Source: Candidatus Dormiibacterota bacterium
Lineage (GTDB): Bacteria; Chloroflexota; Dormibacteria; Aeolococcales; Bog-877
DNA: 64,000 nt
Reading direction: 5' to 3'
Assembly (NCBI GenBank): GCA_035534695.1
Contig: DATLRN010000029.1
Location: 8,771 to 72,770, forward strand
A model generated the notes under the pieces. The model was not told the origin of the DNA. It searched no databases and worked only from the letters and a program-made list of their open reading frames with translations. This document shows positions 36,154-44,463 of the stretch, piece after piece. Both the position numbers and the translations under genes were made by a program. Positions within the stretch are counted from its first letter, which is position 1, and each line of letters starts with the position of its first letter.

Positions 36154-37881
36154 TCAGCCCGCCTCCGGGCCGCTGCCCACCGCGCTCAGGAGCTCCTCGG
36201 CGTGGGCCCGGGCCGCCCCCGGGGTCGCCTCTCCAGCTAGCAGGCGGGCCAGTTCCTCCACCCGCGCCGATCCGGCAACCACCGTCACCTCGCTGAAGGG
36301 CCGACCCTGGCGCTCTGACTTGGCCACCACCAGGTGGGTGTCGGCGCGAGCGGCGATGGGAGCTAGGTGGGTGATGCAGATCACCTGGTGGTGATCCGCC
36401 ACTTCGCGCATGAGATCCCCCACCCGGTTGGCGGCCTCACCGCCCAGGCCCTGGTCGATCTCGTCGAAGACAACGGTCGAGACTCCTGACTCCCGGGTCA
36501 GGTGGGAAAGAAGAGCAAGCGCTACGCGGGACAGCTCGCCTCCAGAAGCGACCTCGCTGAGTGGACGGGCCGGGTCACCAGGATTGGCTGAGAGATCGAA
36601 GGAGATCTTGTCCCAGCCGCTGGGTCCAGCTGCGAGGCGGGTGTGATTAGGCCCGGGGATACCCGCCTCGTCCTCGACCTGCCAGATCCGCACCTGGAAC
36701 GCCGCCTTGGGCATGAGCATCCGCCGTAGGTCGCCCGTCACCGCTCGAGCCAGGGTCTCGGCCACCTGGGTCCGCAGCGCCGAGAGCCTTCTCGCCTCCT
36801 CCCCGAATCTCTCTTCCCCGGCCGTAAGCTCGGCGGCCAGCCGGGCCAGGTCGCCCTCACCCCCATCGACCGTGTGGAGCAGGTTCGTCGCCTCCTCACG
36901 GCGGGCCAGGGCTGATTCGAGTGAGCCCCCGTGCCGGCGTGCGAGCCGCTCCAGGAGGTCGAGGCGCTCTTCAACCTGGGCCAGCCGCGCACTGTCGTCG
37001 GGGAGCTGGGTCACATATGAACTGAGCGACAGCTGCAGTTCACGCAGCGAGGCCACCCCCTCCTCGGCCTGGTCGAGAAGCGAATCCAACTCATGGTCGA
37101 TCCCGTGGACACCCCGGGCCGCGTGCAGCGATTCCGCCAAGCGATCCGCCGCCCCGGTTTCCCCGGCGGCGCCGGAAACGGCGCTGCGCAGCCCGGCTGC
37201 GGCCTCACGCAAGCGGCCGGAATGGGCAAGCCGGTCGCGCTCCTGCTGCAGGCGGACATCCTCGCCCGATTGAGGATCAGCCTCATCCAACTCGGCCAGG
37301 TCAAGTCGCGCCCGATCAAGGTCGCCCCGCTGGCGCTCGCGCAGCGACCGCATCTCCGCGATTGCCGTCTCTATCTCCTGACGCTTGGACCAGAATTCCC
37401 CCATCCGCTGCAGGAGCAGGACCGCTGTCTCGCCGCCCAGGTTGTCCAGCGCGGAGCGCTGCTCGCTCTCGCGCAGCCACAGCGACGAGGCCCCCTGCCC
37501 TTGAACATCCACCAGTTGGGTCCCCATGTCGCGCAGAGCGGTGGCCGGGACGGTGGCCCCGTTGGCGCGGGCACCGCCGCGACCAGCGCTGGACAGCTCC
37601 CTGGTCAAGACCAGGGTTTCTTCCACGACTACCCCGAGGGCCCGGCAGGTCTCAGCGACGACATCGGGGGGATCTTGGAACACCGCGCTGGAGAGGGCTC
37701 GCTCAGAGCCGCGCCGGACCAGATCGGGGTCGGCCCTGACCCCCAGAGCCAGTCCCAAGGCGGAGAGGAGCACCGACTTACCGGCCCCGGTCTCGCCGGT
37801 GATGGCGTTGAAGCGCCCGCCAAATCGGGCTTCGGCGCGCTCAATCACCGCTAAGTTCTCCACCCTCAGCTCCACCAGCAT
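36154..37881 (-). CDS. recN: DNA repair protein RecN
   Basis: MLVELRVENLAVIE, Walker A GETGAGKS, a long coiled coil, and the ASGGELSR signature. Confidence 0.94.
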   Translation of the reverse strand: MLVELRVENLAVIERAEARFGGRFNAITGETGAGKSVLLSALGLALGVRADPDLVRRGSERALSSAVFQDPPDVVAETCRALGVVVEETLVLTRELSSAGRGGARANGATVPATALRDMGTQLVDVQGQGASSLWLRESEQRSALDNLGGETAVLLLQRMGEFWSKRQEIETAIAEMRSLRERQRGDLDRARLDLAELDEADPQSGEDVRLQQERDRLAHSGRLREAAAGLRSAVSGAAGETGAADRLAESLHAARGVHGIDHELDSLLDQAEEGVASLRELQLSLSSYVTQLPDDSARLAQVEERLDLLERLARRHGGSLESALARREEATNLLHTVDGGEGDLARLAAELTAGEERFGEEARRLSALRTQVAETLARAVTGDLRRMLMPKAAFQVRIWQVEDEAGIPGPNHTRLAAGPSGWDKISFDLSANPGDPARPLSEVASGGELSRVALALLSHLTRESGVSTVVFDEIDQGLGGEAANRVGDLMREVADHHQVICITHLAPIAARADTHLVVAKSERQGRPFSEVTVVAGSARVEELARLLAGEATPGAARAHAEELLSAVGSGPEAG

Positions 37882-37884
37882 GGC

Positions 37885-38790
37885 TCAGGAGTGCTGGCTA
37901 TCCGGGCTGACAAGGGCGGCTCCCGGCTCCTCCGGGTCCAGTTTGAGCACCACACCGAAGCCGGTCTTGGACCGGAGCCGCTGGAAGAACCCTGGAGTTC
38001 CCGGGGGCCGGATCATCCGCAGCTCGGGCCCCTGCTTGACGGTGAGCTCACAGCCCGGATCCAGCTGGGCCCAGACCTGGCCGTCCGCCGCCGCCACGGC
38101 CCGTCCCCGCTGCACCTCGATCTTCACATCGAGTGTGTCCGGTATGACCAGAGAGCGGCTGATCAGGGCGTGCGGGTTGAGCGGGGTCAGCACCAAGGCG
38201 GCCACCCGGGAATCAACCGGGGGTCCGCCCGCGGACAGCGAGTAGGCGGTGGACCCCACACTGGTCGCCACAACCAGGCCATCGGCGTCGAAGGTGCCCA
38301 CCAACTGCTCGTCGCAGGTCACCTCCAAACGGACCAGACTCACCCCCTCGGTCTTGACCACGATCTCGTTGATCGCCACCTCCAAGGCCGCCTCGGTGCC
38401 ATCCTCGCCCCGGACCTCACCCCGAAGGGTGCCCCGCCGCAAGGTCTCGAAGTCGTCGCCGACAAAAGCCGCAATGGCGTCCGGCAGCTGGGCCATCTCG
38501 ACATTGGTCAGGAAGCCCAGCTGGCCTCGGTTCACGCCCAGCAGCGGCACTCCCCGCGGGGCGGCGTGCTGGGCCGAGTAGAGCAGAGTACCGTCCCCGC
38601 CGATGGCCACCAGCAGCCGAGCACTGGCCAGCTCCCGGGCCAGGACCGCTTCGGCGTCGTGCTGGGCCACCCAGGTCCGGAGCGAGGCGGCCTCGGCCAC
38701 GTCCCGGGCCCGGCGCAGAGTGGGCGACTCCGGGGATTCGCGGAAGTGGAGCAGAAAGCCGATGGAAGCGGTTACGCCGGCCACCGTCAA
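37885..38790 (-). CDS. nadK: NAD+ kinase
   Basis: IGGDGTLL, NRGQLGFL and TSVGSTAYSLSAGGP motifs. TTG start in the track. Confidence 0.92.
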   Translation of the reverse strand: MTVAGVTASIGFLLHFRESPESPTLRRARDVAEAASLRTWVAQHDAEAVLARELASARLLVAIGGDGTLLYSAQHAAPRGVPLLGVNRGQLGFLTNVEMAQLPDAIAAFVGDDFETLRRGTLRGEVRGEDGTEAALEVAINEIVVKTEGVSLVRLEVTCDEQLVGTFDADGLVVATSVGSTAYSLSAGGPPVDSRVAALVLTPLNPHALISRSLVIPDTLDVKIEVQRGRAVAAADGQVWAQLDPGCELTVKQGPELRMIRPPGTPGFFQRLRSKTGFGVVLKLDPEEPGAALVSPDSQHS

Positions 38791-38795
38791 GCCAA

Positions 38796-38990
38796 CCGCC
38801 CACGCTGAATTGGTGCCATCGCGCCTAGGATCTTAGGCCGTTCCTACCCAACGGACAGAAGGGACACGGGGTCCCGTGGCCGCGGCGTGGGACCACCGAT
38901 CGAGTCGGTGGGCTCCGGGGCGATCCCGGTTCCTGCTTCCTTGCCGCCTGCCAGGCGCGGCCTGGACTTCTGGTCGGCTCCACAGGCAGT
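38796..38990 (-). ncRNA. Candidate TnpB guide RNA (omega/reRNA) region: tnpB 3' end, right end and flank
   Basis: The position is expected from the known TnpB system architecture. Alternative GC hairpins are present (GGGAC/GTCCC at 38861-38875; GGTCCC/GGGACC at 38870-38894). The extent is a guess. Confidence 0.3.
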
Positions 38991-40178
38991 TCGCGTCTCC
39001 ACCGCACTGGCGGTGACGGCCGGGTGGACCGACCCGGCGAGGTTGATTGCGGCATTGAGATCGCGGTCAATGGCCAAACCGCAGCTCTCGCAGCGAAAGG
39101 TCCGCTCCCTGAGCAAGAGCTCCGGTTTGACCGTTCCGCAGCGAGAGCAGGTCTTGGAGCTGGCGAACCAGCGGTCGGCGACCACCAGCTCGGAGCCGTA
39201 CCAGCGGCATTTGTAGGCGAGCTGACGGCGGAACTCTCCGAATCCGGCGTCGGCGAGGGAACGGGCCAGCTTGCGATTCCGGAGCATCCCCTGGACGTTG
39301 AGGTCCTCCACCACGATCCGGCCGTGGTTCTTGGCCAGAGTGGTGGTGAGTTTATGGAGGTGGTCGCGGCGCAGGGAGCCCACCTTGGCGTGATGCCGGG
39401 TCAGCCGGCGAGCGGCTTTGGCGCGGTTGCGGGAGCCGCGGCGCTTGCGGCTGTGGGCCCTGGACAGCTGGCGCAGCTTGCGCAGGCCCCGCCGCAGCGC
39501 CTTGGGGCCGGGGATCACCGTCCCATTTGACAAGGTGGCCAGGGCGACCACGCCAAGGTCCACGCCCATGGTGTCGGTGTGGCCGTTGCCGCTGGGGATC
39601 GCCCGCTCCGCCTCGACCGCCAGCGCCACGAACCAGCGGTCCGCCTCCCGGCTGACGGTAGCAGAGGTGATGCGCACGCTCCCGACAGTGACAAGCGAAG
39701 CCCAGCGGGTGGCATCCTCGCAGAGGCGCACTGCTCCGATCCGGGGTAGGGTCGCGGCCCCAGCGTGCAGGTGAAGGGCGCCGGTGAGGCGAAAGCTGTC
39801 GCGGGACCGGCTCTTCTTCTTGAAGCCAGGGAAGCGGACCTGGGGTCCGGGTCGTTTCCCGTCCCGGCCGGCCCAGTAGGCGCGCAGGCCCCACTCCAAG
39901 TTGCGGAACGCCTCTTGGGGGGCGCACTTCGAGACCTCAGTCCACCACGGGATGCCCTCGGGGCTCTGCTTCCAGGCGTTCCACTCCCGATGGAGCGTCA
40001 TGGCTGACGGGACAGAGACGGTGGTGTCACCCGCCCGCCGGGCGGCCAGCCCGTCCATCACCCGCCGCAGCCCCCAGTTGTAGGCGTAGCGGGCGGTGCC
40101 GGCGTGGCGGGCCAGCTCGCGCCGCTGCCCGGCGTTCGGGTCGAGCGCAAAGCGCAGCGCCTGTTGGACCTTGGCCAT
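38844..40178 (-). CDS. tnpB: TnpB (IS605 OrfB-type RNA-guided endonuclease)
   Basis: MAKVQQALRFALDPNAGQRREL N-terminus. RuvC-like D (GVDLGV), E (IVVEDL) and D (DRDLNAAINL), plus the Zn finger CSRCG...CESCG. ATG at 40176-40178 overlaps the tnpA TGA. Confidence 0.92.
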   Translation of the reverse strand: MAKVQQALRFALDPNAGQRRELARHAGTARYAYNWGLRRVMDGLAARRAGDTTVSVPSAMTLHREWNAWKQSPEGIPWWTEVSKCAPQEAFRNLEWGLRAYWAGRDGKRPGPQVRFPGFKKKSRSRDSFRLTGALHLHAGAATLPRIGAVRLCEDATRWASLVTVGSVRITSATVSREADRWFVALAVEAERAIPSGNGHTDTMGVDLGVVALATLSNGTVIPGPKALRRGLRKLRQLSRAHSRKRRGSRNRAKAARRLTRHHAKVGSLRRDHLHKLTTTLAKNHGRIVVEDLNVQGMLRNRKLARSLADAGFGEFRRQLAYKCRWYGSELVVADRWFASSKTCSRCGTVKPELLLRERTFRCESCGLAIDRDLNAAINLAGSVHPAVTASAVETRTACGADQKSRPRLAGGKEAGTGIAPEPTDSIGGPTPRPRDPVSLLSVG

Positions 40179-40765
40179 CAGGCGGCCTCCACCGGCTGCG
40201 CGGCACAGCGGAGCGCCCGCGCGGCCCGGGTCCGAGCCGAGCGGCGGCCGTAGAGACGCGCGCATAGGCTGGTGAGCACCTCGGTCATGTCAGGGACCAG
40301 ATCGTCGGCGACCTCGGTCGCCTCGACCACGATCAGCCGTCGTCCCGCCCCGAGCAGGGCCGCCTCGATGTACTCGGATCCCAGCCGCGCAAGCCGATCG
40401 CGGTGCTCCACCACGATGGTGGTGACGGTGGCGTCAGCGAGCAGCCGGCGCAGCTTCGGCCGGGCGCCGTTCATCCCCGAGCCAACCTCGACCACGGTAC
40501 GTGTCACTGGCAACTGCTGTCTCGTCGCCCACTCCACCAGCCGGCCGAGCTGCCGATCGAGATCGGCGCGCTGATCGTGAGACGACACCCGGGCATACAG
40601 GGCCACGGCCTGAGCGTTGCCGGGCGCGACCACCTCGACCAGAATCGTCCGCGGCCCGACCTTCCGCGCCGGCACCGGCAGCGTGCCCTCCCGCCACCAA
40701 CGCAGGGCGGTCTTGGGATGAACTCCGTTCACCCGAGCCCAATCAGCCAGCTTCATGTGGCTCAC
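40178..40765 (-). CDS. tnpA: IS607-family serine recombinase transposase (MerR-like HTH plus resolvase catalytic domain)
   Basis: MKLADWARVNGVHPKTALRWWREG (HTH) followed by ALYARVSSHDQRADLDRQ (catalytic Ser motif). The start is GTG at 40765 or ATG at 40756. Confidence 0.9.
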   Translation of the reverse strand: MSHMKLADWARVNGVHPKTALRWWREGTLPVPARKVGPRTILVEVVAPGNAQAVALYARVSSHDQRADLDRQLGRLVEWATRQQLPVTRTVVEVGSGMNGARPKLRRLLADATVTTIVVEHRDRLARLGSEYIEAALLGAGRRLIVVEATEVADDLVPDMTEVLTSLCARLYGRRSARTRAARALRCAAQPVEAA

Positions 40766-40856
40766 TGTAGCGCCCCGACCACATGTACGCTACCCAATAA
40801 CCCTTATCGATGAGCAGTTGACTACCCTGGCCGGGACCGGTAAGCAGCCCGCCAAT

Positions 40857-41288
40857 TCAGACTACGAGTCCCACCGCGACTCCCAGCACAGCTCCGGCCA
40901 AGACCTCGTAGGGGGTGTGGCCGATGAATTCGCGGAGGCGCTCGTAGCGGAATCCGAGGTGACTACGCAGGTCGTCCAGGACCTGGTTGAGGATCACGCT
41001 CTGCTGGCCCGCCGACCGACGTACTCCGGTGGCGTCGTACACCACCACCATCGTCAGGATGGCGACCGCCGCGAAGATCGGGGAGCCTAGACCGAGCTTC
41101 CTGGCCAGAAGCGTAGTCAGGCAGACGGTGAGGGCGGTGTGCGAGCTGGGCATACCACCGGACATTCCCAGCGAGCGCAGGCTGAGGCGGTGTTGCCGCC
41201 AGGAGTCGGTGACCACCTTCAGCAGCTGCCCAATCCCCCAGGCCAGGAGAGGCACCCAGAGGAACTGGTTGGTGAGTAAGGCGGTCAC
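40857..41288 (-). CDS. Divergent PAP2/DUF212 family membrane protein
   Basis: NQFLWVPLLAWGIGQLLKV...GGMPSSHTAL...VVVYDATGVRRSAGQQ is characteristic of DUF212 (acid phosphatase/vanadium haloperoxidase-related). Confidence 0.8.
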   Translation of the reverse strand: MTALLTNQFLWVPLLAWGIGQLLKVVTDSWRQHRLSLRSLGMSGGMPSSHTALTVCLTTLLARKLGLGSPIFAAVAILTMVVVYDATGVRRSAGQQSVILNQVLDDLRSHLGFRYERLREFIGHTPYEVLAGAVLGVAVGLVV

Positions 41289-41297
41289 ACCCTGGGG

Positions 41298-41594
41298 TCA
41301 GCCGTCGTCGGCGCCATCGTCGTCGAGTTCGAGAAGGAGGGGCTGCTCTCGGGGCTGGCCATCGGGTCCGGCGGTCAGTTCGGTGACTCTGCGCTCAGCG
41401 CCGTCGAGCAGTCCGGAGCAGCGCCGGACCAGTCGGACACCGCGTTCGTACAGACTCATCGCGTCCTCGAGGGCGACCTTGCCATCCTCGAGACGGGCCA
41501 GAACCGAGTCCAGTTGGGCCAGTGCCGCCTCGTAGTCAAGGGTTTCCGGCTCCCGCTCCTCAGCTATCTTCTCGGGCTCCCGGTCAGGCTCCAT
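41298..41594 (-). CDS. xseB: Exodeoxyribonuclease VII small subunit
   Basis: LDYEAALAQLDSVLARLEDGKVALEDAMSLYERGVRLVRRC. ATG at 41592-41594 overlaps the xseA stop region. The track ORF starts at 41627. Confidence 0.88.
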   Translation of the reverse strand: MEPDREPEKIAEEREPETLDYEAALAQLDSVLARLEDGKVALEDAMSLYERGVRLVRRCSGLLDGAERRVTELTAGPDGQPREQPLLLELDDDGADDG

Positions 41595-42894
41595 CCGCTC
41601 CTCCATCCGACTCCGGTCGAACTTCACTGACCCGGCTCACCAGTTGACCAAGACGGAGCCGGGTGACGATCGCCGCACCCACCTCAACTTGGCCCGCATC
41701 GCGGAGGACTTCGGCACCCGACTCCTGGAAGGTGATCGAGTAGCCGCGACTGAGGACCGCCAGCGGGCTGAGGGCCTCCAGCCTACCAACCCTCCCCAAG
41801 AACTCCTCGCGGGCATGGAGCAGTCTCCGCTCGGGGCCGCGAGCGTGGAGAAGGCCCGCTCGGGCGGTCACGGCGGCGAGCTCGTGCGCCAGGAGACGAC
41901 GGGCTGCCGCCGCCAATCGCTGCTGCCGGATATCGAGATCGATCCGCCCGGTTGCCAGCCTGTTGGCGGGGGCGAGCAGGGTCAGCCGCCGACTGATCAG
42001 GTCCAGCCCGCGGCGCTCGCTCGACACGCAGCCCTCCACCCCCCGGCGAAGGAGCAGCGCCCGTCGGGACAGGTCGAGCTTGAGTCCGGACAGGTCGGGG
42101 ACCGCCAAATGGGCCGCCACCGAGGGTGTAGGGGCCCGGCGGTCGGCGACGAAGTCGGCCACCGAGGCGTCCGTCTCGTGGCCCACGCCGACCACAACCG
42201 GCCGGGGACAGGCGATGATCGCTCGGGCGAGCTCCTCCGAGTTGAAGGCCTGGAGGTCTTCCAGAGACCCGCCGCCGCGAACCATTAGAACCACGTCGAC
42301 ATCGGCCCGGCCGGCCAGTTTGAGGGCGCCGAGAAGTGAGCGTACCGCCCCCTCGCCCTGCACCAGAGCGGGTGCCACGGCGATCTCGGTGATCGGGCAG
42401 CGGCGCTGGACCACATGGACCACATCGCGGAGGGCTGCCCCATGAAGTGAGGTCACCACGGCCAGTCGCCGAGGCAGGAAGGGCAAGGGCCGCTTCCGTT
42501 CCGTCGCGAAGAGCCCCTCCGCCTCTAGCCGAGCCACCAGCTGCTGGAAGGCGAGGGCGAGAGCGCCGACCCCCTGGGGCTCGAGGCGGTCGAGATACAC
42601 CTGGAGCGAGCCGCCGGCGGCGTACAGGGACACCGAGCCGTGCCCCAGGACGCGCATCCCGGTGCGTGGCTCGAACTGAAGTCCGCGTGCCTCCTTGCGG
42701 AAGAGCGCCGCCTTGAGCACCGAACGGTCACTACCGCCCGGGCTGCAGTCCTTGAGGGTGAAGTACCAGTGACCAGCGGCGGAAAGGTGGCAGTCCCCCA
42801 GCTCGGCCTCGACATAGGCGTCCTGAAGCTGCGGCTCCTCTACCAGGGCAGCCCGGATCAGAGCGGCGAGTTCACCGACTTGAAGAACGCGCAC
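41584..42894 (-). CDS. xseA: Exodeoxyribonuclease VII large subunit
   Basis: GTG at 42892-42894 gives (M)RVLQVGELAALIRAAL...VEAEL (OB fold), followed by MVRGGGSLEDL. The upstream part of the track ORF overlaps nusB. Confidence 0.88.
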   Translation of the reverse strand: MRVLQVGELAALIRAALVEEPQLQDAYVEAELGDCHLSAAGHWYFTLKDCSPGGSDRSVLKAALFRKEARGLQFEPRTGMRVLGHGSVSLYAAGGSLQVYLDRLEPQGVGALALAFQQLVARLEAEGLFATERKRPLPFLPRRLAVVTSLHGAALRDVVHVVQRRCPITEIAVAPALVQGEGAVRSLLGALKLAGRADVDVVLMVRGGGSLEDLQAFNSEELARAIIACPRPVVVGVGHETDASVADFVADRRAPTPSVAAHLAVPDLSGLKLDLSRRALLLRRGVEGCVSSERRGLDLISRRLTLLAPANRLATGRIDLDIRQQRLAAAARRLLAHELAAVTARAGLLHARGPERRLLHAREEFLGRVGRLEALSPLAVLSRGYSITFQESGAEVLRDAGQVEVGAAIVTRLRLGQLVSRVSEVRPESDGGADGA

Positions 42895-43315
42895 CCGCTT
42901 GCTCCAAACCGGGGCGGGCGCTGCGCGCCAGGTTGCCCAGGATCCCGTTGACGAACTTACCCGCCTCCTCGCCCGCCATCTGCTTGGCAAGCTGGACCGC
43001 CTCGTCGATGACCACCGCGACCGGGGTCTCAGGCCGCCAGCCGAGCTCCTCGGTGGCAACCCGGAGCACAGCCCGCTCGAGGGCGCCCATCTGGTCCATG
43101 GCCCAGTTGGTCGAGCAGGCCCTGATCATGGCGTCGATCTCGCTGGCGTGACTGACCGCCCCCTCGACGAGGTCCACTGCAAAGCGCTGGTTGGAGGCGC
43201 TCTGAGGCTCCAGGTCAAGGTGGTACTGGAGCGGGTCCCGCCAGTTCCCCGGCTGGAGCTCGAGCTGGAAGAGAACCTGCACCGCCAGTTCGCGGGCCCG
43301 GTGGCGCGCCGCCAC
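42872..43315 (-). CDS. nusB: Transcription antitermination factor NusB
   Basis: GTG at 43313-43315 gives (M)AARHRARELAVQVLFQLEL..., 147 aa. The 251-aa track ORF is a read-through over asp23. Confidence 0.9.
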   Translation of the reverse strand: MAARHRARELAVQVLFQLELQPGNWRDPLQYHLDLEPQSASNQRFAVDLVEGAVSHASEIDAMIRACSTNWAMDQMGALERAVLRVATEELGWRPETPVAVVIDEAVQLAKQMAGEEAGKFVNGILGNLARSARPGLEQAGARSSSR

Positions 43316-43319
43316 CAGC

Positions 43320-43688
43320 TCAGTCCCCCTCGATTTCGGCGATGTGCAGGTTGATCTCCACGGCATCCAGGCCGAGCATGCTGTGGATGGCGTGGGAGAC
43401 TTTGTGCTGGAGGTCCTCGGCAACCTGACCAATCGCCGCCTGGGGGGTGATGGCCACGTAGAGGTCGAGCTTGATCCCGGTATCCCCAACCATCTGCAGC
43501 TGGACCCCGCGGTGGCCATGCTGACGGTGCAGGGGCAAGGAGACGTTGACCCCGGTCGGCTCCCGCATGGCGGCGATGCCGGCCACGTCGAGCACCGCCA
43601 GGGCGGCGATCGAGGCGACCACCTCACTGGCCACCCTGACCCGTCCCGGCGCCTGCTCTCCGGGCTGGCTCAGCAGCGAGGTGCTCAC
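43320..43688 (-). CDS. Asp23/Gls24 family envelope-stress protein
   Basis: GRVRVASEVVASIAALAVLDVAGIAAM...INLHIAEIE is Asp23-like. Confidence 0.85.
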   Translation of the reverse strand: MSTSLLSQPGEQAPGRVRVASEVVASIAALAVLDVAGIAAMREPTGVNVSLPLHRQHGHRGVQLQMVGDTGIKLDLYVAITPQAAIGQVAEDLQHKVSHAIHSMLGLDAVEINLHIAEIEGD

Positions 43689-44245
43689 TGCACCCGCTCC
43701 AGGTACTTGCCGGTCCTGGTGTCGACCTTGAGCCGGTCCCCGGTTTCCACGAAGAGGGGCACGTCCACCACCAGACCGGTGTCCAGGGTGGCCGGCTTGC
43801 TGCCGCCGGTGGCGGTGTCGCCCTTGAATCCGGGATCGGTCTGAGCGACCTCCAGCTCGACGGTGATGGGCAGCTCGACTCCGATCACCTTGCCGTCGTA
43901 CTGGAGGACGAAGAGGTGGTCGGACTCCTTGATGTACTGGGCCGCCAGGGTGAAGTGACTCTCGTCGACGGGGTACTGGTCGAAGCTCTGGGTGTCCATG
44001 ACCACGTAGTGCTGGCCATCGCGATAGAGGAACTGGACGTCCACCTTCTCGATGCGGGCCCTGGGGAAGCGCTCCTCGGGGCGGAAGGTCTCCTCAGTCA
44101 CGGCCCCGGTGGTGATGTTGCGCAGTCGGGTCCGGACCACGGCGGTGCCCCGTCCGAGCTTGACGTGCTCGAAGGAGAGGACCTCCCAGAGCTGCCCGTT
44201 GCGCTCCACGGTGGTCCCCGAGCGGAGTTCGCCAGCGTTGATCAT
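43685..44245 (-). CDS. efp: Elongation factor P
   Basis: ATG at 44243-44245 gives MINAGELRSGTTVERNGQLWEVLSFEHVKLGRGTAVVRTRLRN, 186 aa. A GGAG sequence lies 7 nt upstream. Confidence 0.94.
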   Translation of the reverse strand: MINAGELRSGTTVERNGQLWEVLSFEHVKLGRGTAVVRTRLRNITTGAVTEETFRPEERFPRARIEKVDVQFLYRDGQHYVVMDTQSFDQYPVDESHFTLAAQYIKESDHLFVLQYDGKVIGVELPITVELEVAQTDPGFKGDTATGGSKPATLDTGLVVDVPLFVETGDRLKVDTRTGKYLERVQ

Positions 44246-44463
44246 CGAACCGCTCCTGTGTAGGGGTAGTGCTCGGCCGTCCCAGCTTCCGACCAAGGGC
44301 GGATTGATGATGCCAGCTTTTAGCCCCGGACAGCCGGGGATGGCGTCTACCTCAACCCCACCGGGCCCTGGGGAGAACTGGCGTCGGCTTCCGCGACCCC
44401 ATCGTCAGAACTTGCTGCCGGAACGCGACTGCTGCTCAGATCCGGACAATCTAGGGTGGGCCT

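Larger units (their letters stand above)
38814..40851 (-). mobile_element. IS607-family insertion sequence (serine-recombinase tnpA plus tnpB), about 2.04 kb
   Basis: tnpA and tnpB are coupled (TGATG). The element sits between the DUF212 stop and the nadK start. The ends are taken as the inner edges of a 9-bp inverted repeat (CTGAATTGG at 38805-38813, CCAATTCAG at 40852-40860) and are inferred, not proven. Confidence 0.7.

Noticed and set aside
38831-38844. Near-palindrome CCTAAGATCCTAGG just after the tnpB stop, considered as the IS terminal hairpin.
   Set aside because: The two arms mismatch at two positions, leaving only a 4-bp stem. IS607-type serine-recombinase elements are not known to need IS200/IS605-style terminal hairpins.
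44324-44339. GC hairpin CCCCGG-ACAG-CCGGGG in the efp / HD-GYP divergent spacer, considered as an intrinsic terminator.
   Set aside because: The T-run lies 5' of the stem on the plus strand and no U-tract follows on either strand. Both neighbouring genes start here rather than end, so a terminator makes no sense.
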